In this document: positions 31,914 to 45,157 of the stretch, piece by piece
Position numbering within the stretch: position 1 is the stretch's first letter
Layout: every line of letters begins with the position of its first letter
Assembly: GCA_032718475.1 (NCBI GenBank)
Contig: JAUCBJ010005823.1
Span: 1-45,157, forward strand
Source: Nemertoderma westbladi
Lineage: Eukaryota; Animalia; Xenacoelomorpha
Reading direction: 5' to 3'
Length of the DNA stretch: 45,157 nt
Translations under genes and position numbers: made by a program
The notes under the pieces: generated by a model
Told to the model about the DNA's origin: nothing
Seen by the model: only the letters and a program-made list of their open reading frames with translations
The model's database searches: none

Positions 31914-33007
31914 CCCTTAAACTGGTGAAAACTCATATATGAGTTTTGGGAGGGCCAATTCCACTTGGTGGGAATTTTTCTAATGGTAGTATCTGACTTG
32001 GTGAAAACTCATATGTGAGTTCATGAGCCAACGTCTGTACTTAGTAGAGATTATATTTTTCTGCTACTCCTCCTTGGTGAGAGTTTTTCTTATATTTATC
32101 AAGTTAAAAAAAATCTTATGTTAATTTAATAATTGAATATCATTTTGGAATTCATAAATTGATAAATTCATGAAAAGAATGGAATGAAAATTATTCGTAC
32201 ATTCTATGAATGAAAAAAACTAAGTGTTTAAAATTTTTTTAATTAAATGAAATGTAAATCAAGAAATTTCTTAGATTTTTCAATTAATAATAATGTAATG
32301 AATGTAAATAATTCCGGGCCACTAGTTTCAGAAATCCGAAATTTAGATATTTTACCATCGTTTATTGAGATTTGGGCTTGTTGTGATGTTAACAATCGCT
32401 GCGCTCGTACTTTAAATCTCCCAACTCGTGCAGTCAGAGAGCACAAATTGCATTTAGCTGCGCTTTGAAAATGTTGTCAAAAACTGGATCTTAACAGTAT
32501 TTTTTTTATCGACTAAGATTAATTACTTTAAAATAACTGTGAATTAGTTCAAACATTAAATTAGCGATAGACTGCGTAATTTTCAACTTCAGAGGCCGTT
32601 ATATATATATCACTGAAAGAGGAGAAAAAGACATTTAACCTGGTTCTTATAGTTTGTTTCTGTGACTTTTTAATGATGAAATGGCCATTACTTGCAATTA
32701 GACAATTTTCCCACGCTTTACTACCGTGTTGTTTAGCATATACTGATCGTCTGGTGGCGATTCAACTACTGTTATGAAACTCATCAACAATGGGCCTGTT
32801 GACGTTGACAGAAAAATCAATGCTACCGGTACATTCCTGACAGCTGATAAACAAAAGTATAGCCAAAACTCATAATGAGTTTTTACCAAGTCAGAATAGA
32901 TTTCATCAATAATTCCCACCTAGTACAACTGACAATCGCAGAACTCATATTTGAGATTCCACCAAGTGGAGATCGGATTTTAGAAAAATCCTCACCAGTT
33001 TAAAGGG
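31914..33007. mobile_element. Non-autonomous piggyBac-type element
   Basis: TTAA|CCCTTAAACTGGTGA ... TCACCAGTTTAAAGGG|TTAA, with subterminal repeats TGGTGAAAACTCATAT.TGAGTT in inverted orientation at both ends. No transposase ORF. Confidence 0.85.
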
Positions 33008-33222
33008 TTAATGTGTAGAAGCTGTGGCATTTTCTATTTCCGAAAATGTGATATCGTATGTGGGGCTGGAGATGTCATTGAGCACTGTGGGAGACACACG
33101 ACAGTCATCAGTTTCCAGTTTCCATTAAGTCGAATACTCGATCACTACTGAACAGTTTCTCTAAATGAGCCCCCAACCCCCCGGCGATCACCTGGAGATT
33201 CTGATGTTACCTTGGTAGTACA

Positions 33223-33520
33223 AATTTGCGCCGCCACAACTCCCTATCACCCCTGACATTTGCTAGATCATCCGCATCTTCAAGGCCAGTGTCCTTTAAG
33301 ATGCGTCTCAAGAAAGTCATGGGCTGTACAACCATGCTTCACTCCATGAGGCTGCCAAAGTACAAGATTATGCACTGGCTGGTTCTCACGGCGAAAGCAA
33401 TGTCCTGCAAAGCGGAGGCGGCTTTGTTCTAGTATAAAGCTTGGGGGAACCAATGAGAGACACCTCCAATGCTAAATAGTGTCTGGTTGGAGATGTGTGC
33501 ATTGTACTTGGCATAGTGAA
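33223..33520 (-). mobile_element. RTE-clade LINE fragment, copy A
   Basis: Nucleotide match to copy B (CGCCACAACTCCCTATCACCC...GCAAAGCGGAGGCGG...CACCTCCAATGCT). Confidence 0.8.
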
Positions 33521-34055
33521 CTACTACTACTACGATCGGCATGCTGCATTGCAGCTGCATTATATATATATTACATATATATTAAGAATGCTGTGCTGGC
33601 TTGTCGATAAAATTGCACCGCCACAACTCCCTATCACCCATGACATTTGCTAGATCATCCGCATCTTCAAGGTCAGTGTCCTTTAGGATGCGTCCCAAGA
33701 ATGTCATGGACTGTGCTTGTTTCTGAGCTGTTTCTGATCATGCTGAGCATGCTTATTCACTCCATGAGGTCGCCAAACCAGAAGATTATGCACTGGCTGG
33801 TCCTCACGGCGAAAGCAATGTCCTGCAAAGCGGAGGCGGTTCCGTTCAAGTGTCAAGCTAGGGGAGATTAATGGAACACCTCCAATGCTGTATAGAGTTT
33901 GATTGGATATGTGTTCATTGTACTTGACAGAGTGAACCCGGCGCAGCATTCTTGTGAAAGTGCCACCCAGAGATTTGGTATCCTCTGCAGTTAGAGCCCA
34001 GCACGGACTCCCATATAAGAGTACTGGTACTACTGCTGCCATAAATAATCGAACC
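33521..34055 (-). mobile_element. 5'-truncated RTE-clade LINE, copy B, with a (GTA)n 3' tail
   Basis: VVPVLLYGSPCWALT...RMLRRV...HISNQTLY...RLRFAGHCFRR is the RTE post-RT region. The CTACTACTACTAC tail starts at 33521. Confidence 0.85.
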
Positions 34056-34292
34056 TTAGGTTACGTTTAAGATAACGAACAATTAATACGCAAGCATAAA
34101 AATCAGAATAATAAATAAAAATTAGAGTAGGTACCCAACTAACTCAGAAATAATAACTAATAACAGTGTAATTATAGATTTCTTAAATGGGCAATGTCGT
34201 TGCGGGACAACAATCTTTAAAACACTACTCACTTGGTTAAAATCTATTAACAATCTATGGGAGCATTTGAAAATCGTATTAGACATGTTTTC

Positions 34293-34563
34293 CTACTACT
34301 AGGATCGGCATGCTGCATTGCAGCTGCATTTTTAATAATGCTGTGCCGGTTTGTCATCAAAATTGCGCCGCCACAACTCTCTATCACCCATGACATTTGC
34401 TAGATAATCCGCAACTTCAAGGCCAGTGTCCTTTAAGATGCGTCTCAAGAAAGTCATGGGCTGCCCACCATGCTTATTCACTCCACGAGGCCGTCAAAGC
34501 ACAAGATTATGCACTGGCTGGTCCTCACGGCGAAAAAAATGTCCTGCAAAGCGGAGGCGGCTC
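34293..34563 (-). mobile_element. 5'-truncated RTE-clade LINE, copy C
   Basis: Has the same CTACTACTA.GATCGGCATGCTGCATTGCAGCTGCATT 3' end as copy B. Confidence 0.8.
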
Positions 34564-34849
34564 TGACTACATCTTTAGCGGCAGTTGATTTGCTTAATCA
34601 ATAGGCCCATTGAGCATCCGCTACTGCCTTTCTTCAGTTCTGTATTAGTTCTGAATCTATTGGAGACCCAGATAGTTTTGTTTCACACAAGGATTCTTCA
34701 CGGCAGGGCAGTCAGGCTGAGTGGAGGACTTCTGTTCTGCATACAAAAAGACGATGGTGAGTTATGGAAAGGATGCACCGTGAGGTATTGACACTCACGA
34801 AGAGGTCCAATACGTCTTCCATACTTGAATATGATGTGACTATGATATA

Positions 34850-37800
34850 CCTGTGTCGGTATACAGTTCCCATAACTTATGATCACTAGAGCCTGTTTCG
34901 GTATACAGTTCCCATCACTTATGATCACTGCGGGGCCTGTGTCGGTATACAGTTCACATCACTTATGATCACTGTGGGGCCTGTGTCGGTATACAGTTCC
35001 CATCACTTATGATCACTGCGGGGCCTGTGTCGGTATACAGTTCCCATCACTTATGATCACTGATCACTTATGATAACTGGAGCCTCGTGTCGGTATACAG
35101 TTCCCATCACTTATGATCACTGGGGCCTGTGTCGGTATACAGTTCCCATCACTTATGATCACTGGAGCCTGTGTCGGTATACAGTTCATACAGTTCCCTT
35201 CACTTATGATCACTGCGGGGCCTGTGTCGGTATACAGTTCACATCACTTATGATCACTGCGGGGCCTGTGTCGGTATACAGTTCCCCTCACTTATGATCA
35301 CTGGAGCCTGTGTCGGTATACAGTTCCCATCACTTATGATCACTGGAGCCTGTGTCGGTATACAGTTCCCATCACTTATGATCACTGGAGCCTGTGTCGG
35401 TATACAGTTCACATCACTTATGATCACTGCGGGGCCTGTGTCGGTATACAGTTCCCATCACTTATGATCACTGGGACCTGTGTCGGTATACAGTTCCCAT
35501 CACTTATGATCACTGGGGCCTGTGTCGGTATACAGTTCCCATCACTTATGATCACTGCGGGGCCTGTGTCGGTATACAGTTCCCATCACTTATGATCACT
35601 GGGACCTGTGTCGGTATACAGTTCCCATCACTTATGATCACTGGGGCCTGTGTCGGTATACAGTTCACATCACTTATGATCACTGGAGCCTGTGTCGGTA
35701 TACAGTTCCCATGACTTATGATCACTGCGGGGCCTGTGTCGGTATACAGTTCCCATCACTTATGATCACTGCGGGGCCTGTGTCGGTATACAGTTCCCAT
35801 CACTTATGATCACTGATCACTTATGATAACTGGAGCCTCGTGTCGGTATACAGTTCCCATCACTTATGATCACAGGGGCCTGTGTCGGTATACAGTTCCC
35901 ATCACTTATGATCACTGGAGCCTGTGTCGGTATACAGTTCCCATCACTTATGATCACTGCGGGGCCTGTGTCGGTATACAGTTCACATCACTTATGATCA
36001 CTGCGGGGCCTGTGTCGGTATACAGTTCCCATCACTTATGATCACTGGAGCCTGTGTCGGTATACAGTTCCCATCACTTATGGTCACTGGAGCCTGTGTC
36101 GGTATACAGTTCCCATCACTTATGATCACTGGAGCCTGTGTCGGTATACAGTTCACATCACTTATGATCACTGGAGCCTGTGTCGGTATACAGTTCCCAT
36201 CACTTATGATCACTGGAGCCTGTGTCGGTATACAGTTCACATCACTTATGATCACTGCGGGGCCTGTGTCGGTATACAGTTCCCATCACTTATGATCACT
36301 GCGGGGCCTGTGTCGGTATACAGTTCACATCACTTATGATCACTGCGGGGCCTGTGTCGGTATACAGTTCCCATAACTTATGATCACTGGGGCTTGTGTC
36401 GGTATACAGTTCCCATCACTAATGATCACCGGAGCCTGTGTCGGTATACAGTTCACATCACTTATGATCACTGCGGGGCCTGTGTCGGTATACAGTTCCC
36501 ATCACTTATGATCACTGCGGGGCCTGTGTCGGTATACAGTTCCCATAACTTATGATCACTGGGGCTTGTGTCGGTATACAGTTCCCATCACTAATGATCA
36601 CCGGAGCCTGTGTCGGTATACAGTTCACATCACTTATGATCACTGCGGGGCCTGTGTCGGTATACAGTTCACATCACTTATGATCACTGCGGGGCCTGTG
36701 TCGGTATACAGTTCCCATAACTTATGATCACTGGGGCTTGTGTCGGTATACAGTTCCCATCACTAATGATCACCGGAGCCTGTGTCGGTATACAGTTCCC
36801 ATAACTTCTGATCACTGGTCACTTATGATCACTGGGGCCTGTGTCGGTATACAGTTCCCATCACTTATGATCACTGGGGCCTGTGTCGGTATACAGTTCC
36901 CATCACTTATGATCACTGGAGCCTGTGTCGGTATACAGTTCCCATAACTTATGATCACTACGGGGCCTGTGTCGGTATACAGTTCCCATCACTTATGATC
37001 ACTGGGGCCTGTGTCGGTATACAGTTCCCATCACTTATGATCACTGGAGCCTGTGTCGGTATACAGTTCCCATCACTAATGATCACTGGGGCCTGTGTCG
37101 GTATACAGTTCCCATAACTTATGATCACTACGGGGCCTGTGTCGGTATACAGTTCCCATCACTTATGATCACTGGGGCCTGTGTCGGTATACAGTTCCCA
37201 TCACTTATGATCACTGGAGCCTGTGTCGGTATACAGTTCCCATAACTTATGATCACTGGGGCCTGTGTCGGTATACAGTTCCCATCACTTATGATCACTG
37301 GAGCCTGTGTCGGTATACAGTTCCCATAACTTATGATCACTACGGGGCCTGTGTCGGTATACAGTTCCCATCACTTATGATCACTACGGGGCCTGTGTCG
37401 GTATACAGTTCCCATCACTTATGATCACTACGGGGCCTGTGCCGGTTTACAGTTCCCATCACTAATGATCACCGGAGCCTGTGTTGGTATACAGTTCCCA
37501 TCACTTATGATCACTGGAGCCTGTGTCGGTATACAGTTCCCATCACTTATGATCACTGGAGCCTGTGTCGGTATACAGTTCCCATCACTTATGATCACTG
37601 GCGCCTGTGTCGGTATACAGTTCCCATAACTTATGATCACTACGGGGCCTGTGTCGGTATACATTTCCCATAACTTATGATCACTACGGGGCCTGTGTCG
37701 GTATACAGTTCCCATCACTTATGATCACTGGGGCCTGTGTCGGTATACAGTTCCCATCACTTATGATCACTGGAGCCTGTGTCGGTATACAGTTCCCATC

Positions 37801-40800
37801 ACTTATGATCACTGGCGCCTGTATCGGTATACAGTTCCCATAACTTATGATCACTACGGGGCCTGTGTCGGTATACAGTTCCCATCACTTATGATCACTG
37901 GGGCCCGTGTCGGTATACAGTTCCCATCACTTATGATCACTACGGGGCCTGTGTCGGTATACAGTTCCCATCACTTATGATCACTGGGGCCCGTGTCGAT
38001 ATACAGTTCCCATCACTTATGATCACTACGGGGCTTGTGTCGGTATACAGTTCCCATCACTTATGATCACTACGGGGCTTGTGTCGGTATACAGTTCCCA
38101 TCACTTATGATCACTGGGGCCTGTGTCGGTATACAGTTCCCATCACTTATGATCACTGGGGCCCGTGTCGGTATACAGTTCCCATCACTTATGATCACTG
38201 GCGCCTGTGTCGGTATACAGTTCCCATAACTTATGATCACTACGGGGCCTGCGTCGGTATACAGTTCCCATACTTATGATCACTACTGGGCCTGTGTCGG
38301 TTTACAGTTCCCATCACTAATGATCACCGGAGCCTGTGTTGGTATACAGTTCCCATAACTTCTGATCACTGATCACTTATGATCACTGGGGCCTGTGTCG
38401 GTAAACAGTTCCCATCACTTATGATCACTGGGGCCTGTGTCGGTATACAGTTCCAATCACTTATAATCACTGGGGCCTGTGTCGGTATACAGTTCCCATC
38501 ACTTATGATCACTGGGGCTTGTGTCGGTATACAGTTCCCATCACTTATGATCACTGCGGGGCCTGTGTCGGTATACAGTTCCCATCACTAATGATCACTG
38601 GAGCCTGTGTTGGTATACAGTTCCCATCACTTATGATCACTGGCGCCTGTGTCGGTATACAGTTCCCATAACTTATGATCACTACGGGGCCTGTGTCGGT
38701 ATACAGTTCCCATCACTTATGATCACAGGGGCCCTTGTCGGTATACAGTTCACATCACTTATGATCACTGATCCCTTATGATCACTGGGGCCTGTGTCGG
38801 TATCCAATCACTTATGATCACTGGAGCCTGTGTTGGTATACAGTTCCAATCACTTATGATCACTGGAGCCTGTGTCGGTATACAGTTCCCATCACTTATG
38901 ATCACTGGAGCCTGTGTCGGTATACAGTTCCCATAACTTATGATCACTGGGGCCTGTGTCGGTATCCAATCACTTATGATCACTGGAGCCTATGTCGGTA
39001 TACAGTTCCAATCACTTATGATCACTGGAGCCTGTGTCGGTATACAGTTCCCATCACTTATGATCAGTGGAGCCTGTGTCGGTATACAGTTCCCTTCACT
39101 TATGATCACTGGAGTCTGTGTCGGTATACAGTTCCCATCACTTATGATCACTGCGGGGCCTGCGTCGGTATACAGTTCCCATCACTTCTGATCACTGGGG
39201 CCCGTGTCGGTATACAGTTCCCATCACTTATGATCACTGGGGCCTGTGTCGGTATACAGTTCCCATCACTAATGATCACTGGAGCCTGTGTCGGTATACA
39301 GTTCCCATAACTTCTGATCACTGGGGCCTGTGTCGGTATACAGTTCCCATACTTATAATCACTGGGGCTTGTGTCGGTATACAGTTACAATCACTTATGA
39401 TCACTACGGGGCCTGTGTCGGTATACAGTTCCCATCACTTATGATCACTACGGGGCCTGTGTCGGTATACAGTTCCCATCACTTATGATCACTACGGGGC
39501 CTGTGTCGGTATACAGTTCCAATCACTTATGATCACTGGGGCTTGTGTCGGTATACAATTCCCATCACTTATGATCACTGCGGGGCCTGTGTCGGTATAC
39601 AGTTCCCATAACTTCTGATCACTGATCACTTATGATCATTGGGGCCTGTGTCGGTATACAGTTCCCATCACTTATGATCACTGGGGCCTGTGTCGGTATA
39701 CAGTTCCAATCACTTATGATCACTGGGGCTTGTGTCGGTATACAGTTCCCATCACTTATGATCACTGCGGGGCCTGTGTCGGTATACAGTTCCCATCACT
39801 TATGATCACTGGGGCCCGTGTCGGTATACAGTTCACATCACTTATGATCACTGATCCCTTATGATTACTGGGGCCTGTGTCGGTATCCAATCACTTATGA
39901 TCACTGGAGCCTGTGTCAGTATACAGTTCCAATCACTTATGATCACTGGAGCCTGTGTCGGTATACAGTTCACATCACTTATGATCACTGGAGCCTGTGT
40001 CGGTATACAGTTCCCATAACTTATTATGATCACTGGGGCCTGTGTCGGTATCCAATCACTTATGATCACTGGAGCCTGTGTTGGTATACAGTTCCAATCA
40101 CTTATGATCACTGGAGCCTGTGTCGGTATACAGTTCCCATAACTTATGATCACTGGCGCCTGTGTCGGTATACAGTTCCCATCACTTATGATCACTGGCG
40201 CCTGTGTCGGTATACAGTTCCAATCAGTTATGATCACTGGAGCCTGTGTCGGTATACAGTTCCCATCACTTATGATCACTGGGGCCTGAGTCGGTATACA
40301 GCTCCCATCACTTATGATCACTGATAACTTATGATCACTGGGACCTGTTTCGGTATACAGTTTCCATCACTTATGATCACTGGCGCCTGTGTCGGTATAC
40401 AGTTCCAATCAGTTATGATCACTGGAGCCTGTGTCGGTATACAGTTCCCATCACTTATGATCACTGGGGCCTGTGTCGGTATACAGTTCCCATCACTTAT
40501 GATCACTGATAACTTATGATCACTGGGACCTGTATCGGTATACGGTTACCATCAGTTATGATCACTGGGGCCTGTGTCGGTATACAGTTCCCATCACTTA
40601 AGATCACTGATCACTTATGATCACTGGGGCCTGTGTCGGTATACAGTTCCAATCACTTATGATCACTGGAGCCTGTGTCGGTATACAGTTCCCATCACTT
40701 ATGATCACTGATCACTTATGATCACTGGGGCCTGTGTCGGTATACAGTTCCAATCACTTATGTTCACTGGAGCCTGTGTCGGTATACAGTTCCCATCACT

Positions 40801-43800
40801 TATGATCCCTGATTACTTATGATCACTGGGGCCTGTGTCGGTATACGGTTACCATCAGTTATGATCACTGGGGCCTGTGTCGGTATACAGTTCCCATCAC
40901 TTAAGATCACTGATCACTTATGATCACTGGGGCCTGTGTCGGTATACAGTTCCAATCACTTATGATCACTGGAGCCTGTGTCGGTATACAGTTCCCATCA
41001 CTTATGATCACTGATCACTTATGATCACTGGGGCCTGTGTCGGTATACAGTTCCAATCACTTATGTTCACTGGAGCCTGTGTCGGTATACAGTTCCCATC
41101 ACTTATGATCACTGGGGCCTGTGTCGGTATACAGTTCCCATCACTTATGATCCCTGATCACTTATGATCACTGGGGCCTGTGTCGGTATACAGTTCCCAT
41201 CACTTATGATCACTGACCACTTATGATCACTGGGGCCTGTGTCGGTATACAGTTCCAATCACTTATGATCACTGGAGCCTGTGTCGGTATACAGTTCCCA
41301 TCACTTATGATCACTGGGGCCTGTGTCGGTATACAGTTCCAATCACTTATGATCCCTGATCACTTATGATCACTGGGACCTGTGTCGGTATACAGTTTCC
41401 ATCACTCATGACCACTGGAGCCTGTGTCGGTATACAGTTCCCATCACTTATTATTACTGATCACTTATGATCACTGCGGGGCCTGTGTCGGTATACAGTT
41501 CCCATAACTTCTGATCAATGATCACTTATGATCACTGGGGCCTGTGTCGGTATACAGTTCCCATCACTTATGATCACTGGGGCCTGTGTCGGTATACAGT
41601 TCCAATCACTTATGATCACTGGGGCTTGTGTCGGTATACAGTTCCCATCACTTATGATCACTGCGGGGCCTGTGTCGGTATACAGTTCCCATCACTTATG
41701 ATCACTGGGGCCCGTGTCGGTATACAGTTCACATCACTTATGATCACTGATCCCTTATGATTACTGGGGCCTGTGTCGGTATCCAATCACTTATGATCAC
41801 TGGAGCCTGTGTCAGTATACAGTTCCAATCACTTATGATCACTGGAGCCTGTGTCGGTATACAGTTCCCATCACTTATGATCACTGGGGCCTGTGTCGGT
41901 ATACAGTTCCCATCACTTATGTTCACTGATAACTTATGATCACTGGGACCTGTATCGGTATACGGTTACCATCAGTTATGATCACTGGGGCCTGTGTCGG
42001 TATACAGTTCCCATCACTTAAGATCACTGATCACTTATGATCACTGGGGCCTGTGTCGGTATACAGTTCCAATCACTTATGATCACTGGAGCCTGTGTCG
42101 GTATACAGTTCCCATCACTTATGATCACTGATCACTTATGATCACTGGGGCCTGTGTCGGTATACAGTTCCAATCACTTATGTTCACTGGAGCCTGTGTC
42201 GGTATACAGTTCCCATCACTTATGATCCCTGATTACTTATGATCACTGGGGCCTGTGTCGGTATACGGTTACCATCAGTTATGATCACTGGGGCCTGTGT
42301 CGGTATACAGTTCCCATCACTTAAGATCACTGATCACTTATGATCACTGGGGCCTGTGTCGGTATACAGTTCCAATCACTTATGATCACTGGAGCCTGTG
42401 TCGGTATACAGTTCCCATCACTTATGATCACTGATCACTTATGATCACTGGGGCCTGTGTCGGTATACAGTTCCAATCACTTATGTTCACTGGAGCCTGT
42501 GTCGGTATACAGTTCCCATCACTTATGATCACTGGGGCCTGTGTCGGTATACAGTTCCCATCACTTATGATCACTGGGGCCTGTGTCGGTATACAGTTCC
42601 CATCACTTATGATCCCTGATCACTTATGACCACTGGGGCCTGTGTCGGTATACAGTTCCCATCACTTATGATCACTGACCACTTATGATCACTGGGGCCT
42701 GTGTCGGTATACAGTTCCAATCACTTATGATCACTGGAGCCTGTGTCGGTATACAGTTCCCATCACTTATGATCACTGGGGCCTGTGTCGGTATACAGTT
42801 CCAATCACTTATGATCCCTGATCACTTATGATCACTGGGACCTGTGTCGGTATACAGTTTCCATCACTCATGACCACTGGAGCCTGTGTCGGTATACAGT
42901 TCCCATCACTTATGATTACTGATCACTTATGATCACTGCGGGGCCTGTGTCGGTATACAGTTCCCATAACTTCTGATCAATGATCACTTATGATCACTGG
43001 GGCCTGTGTCGGTATACAGTTCCCATCACTTATGATCACTGGGGCCTGTGTCGGTATACAGTTCCAATCACTTATGATCACTGGGGCTTGTGTCGGTATA
43101 CAGTTCCCATCACTTATGATCACTGCGGGGCCTGTGTCGGTATACAGTTCCCATCACTTATGATCACTGGGGCCCGTGTCGGTATACAGTTCACATCACT
43201 TATGATCACTGATCCCTTATGATTACTGGGGCCTGTGTCGGTATCCAATCACTTATGATCACTGGAGCCTGTGTCAGTATACAGTTCCAATCACTTATGA
43301 TCACTGGAGCCTGTGTCGGTATACAGTTCACATCACTTATGATCACTGGAGCCTGTGTCGGTATACAGTTCCCATAACTTATTATGATCACTGGGGCCTG
43401 TGTCGGTATCCAATCACTTATGATCACTGGAGCCTGTGTCGGTATACAGTTCCAATCACTTATGATCACTGGAGCCTGTGTCGGTATACAGTTCCCATAA
43501 CTTATGATCACTGGCGCCTGTGTCGGTATACAGTTCCCATCACTTATGATCACTGATCACTTATGATCACTGGCGCCTGTGTCGGTATACAGTTCCAATC
43601 AGTTATGATCACTGGAGCCTGTGTCGGTATACAGTTCCCATAACTTATGATCACTGGGGCCTGTGTCGGTATACAGTTCCCATCACTTATGATCACTGGA
43701 GCCTGTGTCGGTATACAGTTCCCATCACTTATGATCACTGGGGCCTGTGTCGGTATACAGTTCCCATCACTTATGATCACTGATAACTTATGATCACTGG

Positions 43801-45157
43801 GACCTGTATCGGTATACAGTTTCCATCACTTATGATCACGGGGCCTGTGTCGGTATACAGTTCCCATCACTTATGATCACTGATAACTTATGATCACTGG
43901 GACCTGTATCGGTATACAGTTCCCATCACTTATGATCACTGGGGCCTGTGTCGGTATACAGTTCCCATCACTTATGATCCCTGATCACTTATGATCACTG
44001 GGGCCTGTGTCGGTATACAGTTCCCATCACTTACGATTACTGACCACTTATGATCACTGGGGCCTGTGTCGGTATACAGTTCCAATCACTTATGATCACT
44101 GGAGCCTGTGTCGGTATACAGTTCCCATCACTTATGATCACTGGGGCCTGTGTCGGTATACAGTTCCAATCACTTATGATCCCTGATCACTTATGATCAC
44201 TGGGACCTGTGTCGGTATACAGTTTCCATCACTCATGACCACTGGAGCCTGTGTCGGTATACAGTTCCCATCACTTATGATCACTGATCACTTATGATCA
44301 CTGGGGCCTGTGTCGGTATACAGTTCCCATAACTTATGATCACTGGGGCCTGTGTTGGTATACAGTTCCCATAACTTATGATCACTGGAGGCTGTGTCGG
44401 TATACAGTTCCCATAACTTATGATCACTGGGGCCTGTGTCGGTATACAGTTCCCATCACTTATGATCACTGATCACTTATGATCACTGGGGCCTGTGTCG
44501 GTATACAGTTCCCATAACTTATGATCACTGGGGCCTGTGTCGGTATACAGTTCCCATAACTTATGATCACTGGAGGCTGTGTCGGTATACAGTTCCCATA
44601 ACTTATGATCACTGGGGCCTGTGTCGGTATACAGTTCCCATCACTTATGATCAATGATCACTTATGATCACTGGGGCCTGTGTCGGTATACAGTTCCCAT
44701 CACTTATGATCAATGATCACTTATGATCACTGGGGCCTGTGTCGGTATACAGTTCCCATAACTTATGATCACTGGGGCCTGTGTCGGTATACAGTTCCCA
44801 TAACTTATGATCATTGGGGCCTGTGTCGGTATACAGTTCCCATAACTTATGATCACTGGAGGCTGTGTCGGCATACAGTTCCAATCACTCATGATCACTG
44901 GAGCCTTGTCGGTATACAGTTCCCATCACTTATGATCACTGGAGCCTGTGTCGGTATACAGTTCCCATCACTTATGATCACTGGGGCCTGTGTCGGTATA
45001 CAGTTCCCATCACTAATGATCACTGGGGCCTGTGTCGGTATACAGTTCCCATACTTATAATCACTGGGGCTTGTGTCGGTATACAGTTCCAATCACTTAT
45101 GATCACTAAGGGGCCTGTGTCGGTATACAGTTCCCATAACTTATGATCACTGGGGCC
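34850..45157. repeat. 42-bp satellite (GGGGCCTGTGTCGGTATACAGTTCCCATCACTTATGATCACT), >10 kb, roughly 235 monomers, continuing past the window end
   Basis: Seen directly, with 43-bp, 35-bp (internal deletion) and 59-bp (extra GATCACTTATGATCACT) variants and higher-order block duplications. Confidence 0.98.

Noticed and set aside
34850-45157. CRISPR-like array or repetitive protein (ITGACVGIQFPSLM / CIPTQAPVIISDGN ORFs)
   Set aside because: There are no unique spacers and no cas genes. The ORFs arise because 42 is divisible by 3 and are broken constantly by 43-, 59- and 35-bp variants.

Overview
AT-rich metazoan genomic DNA (probably an invertebrate; spliceosomal GT-AG introns, no prokaryotic signal). 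Three gene loci are visible. (1) An intronless SLC22/organic-cation-type MFS transporter (7585-9375, +). (2) An unidentified ~409-codon membrane-anchored protein with His motifs, split by a single +1 frameshift (11518-12748, -). (3) A 4-exon ADAM metalloprotease-disintegrin (30771-21089, -; ~1116 aa) that unusually carries a Ser/Thr stalk and two Ig-like domains between its EGF domain and TM helix, plus a signalling-motif-rich tail. The rest is dense with non-autonomous DNA transposons (Mutator/foldback-, piggyBac-, Sola- and DINE/Helentron-like), tRNA-derived SINEs, CR1/L2 and RTE LINE fragments, a 37-bp intronic satellite that appears to have grown out of a dispersed repeat, and a >10 kb 42-bp satellite with higher-order structure running off the right edge. 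All family assignments are by eye from motifs, with no database searches.
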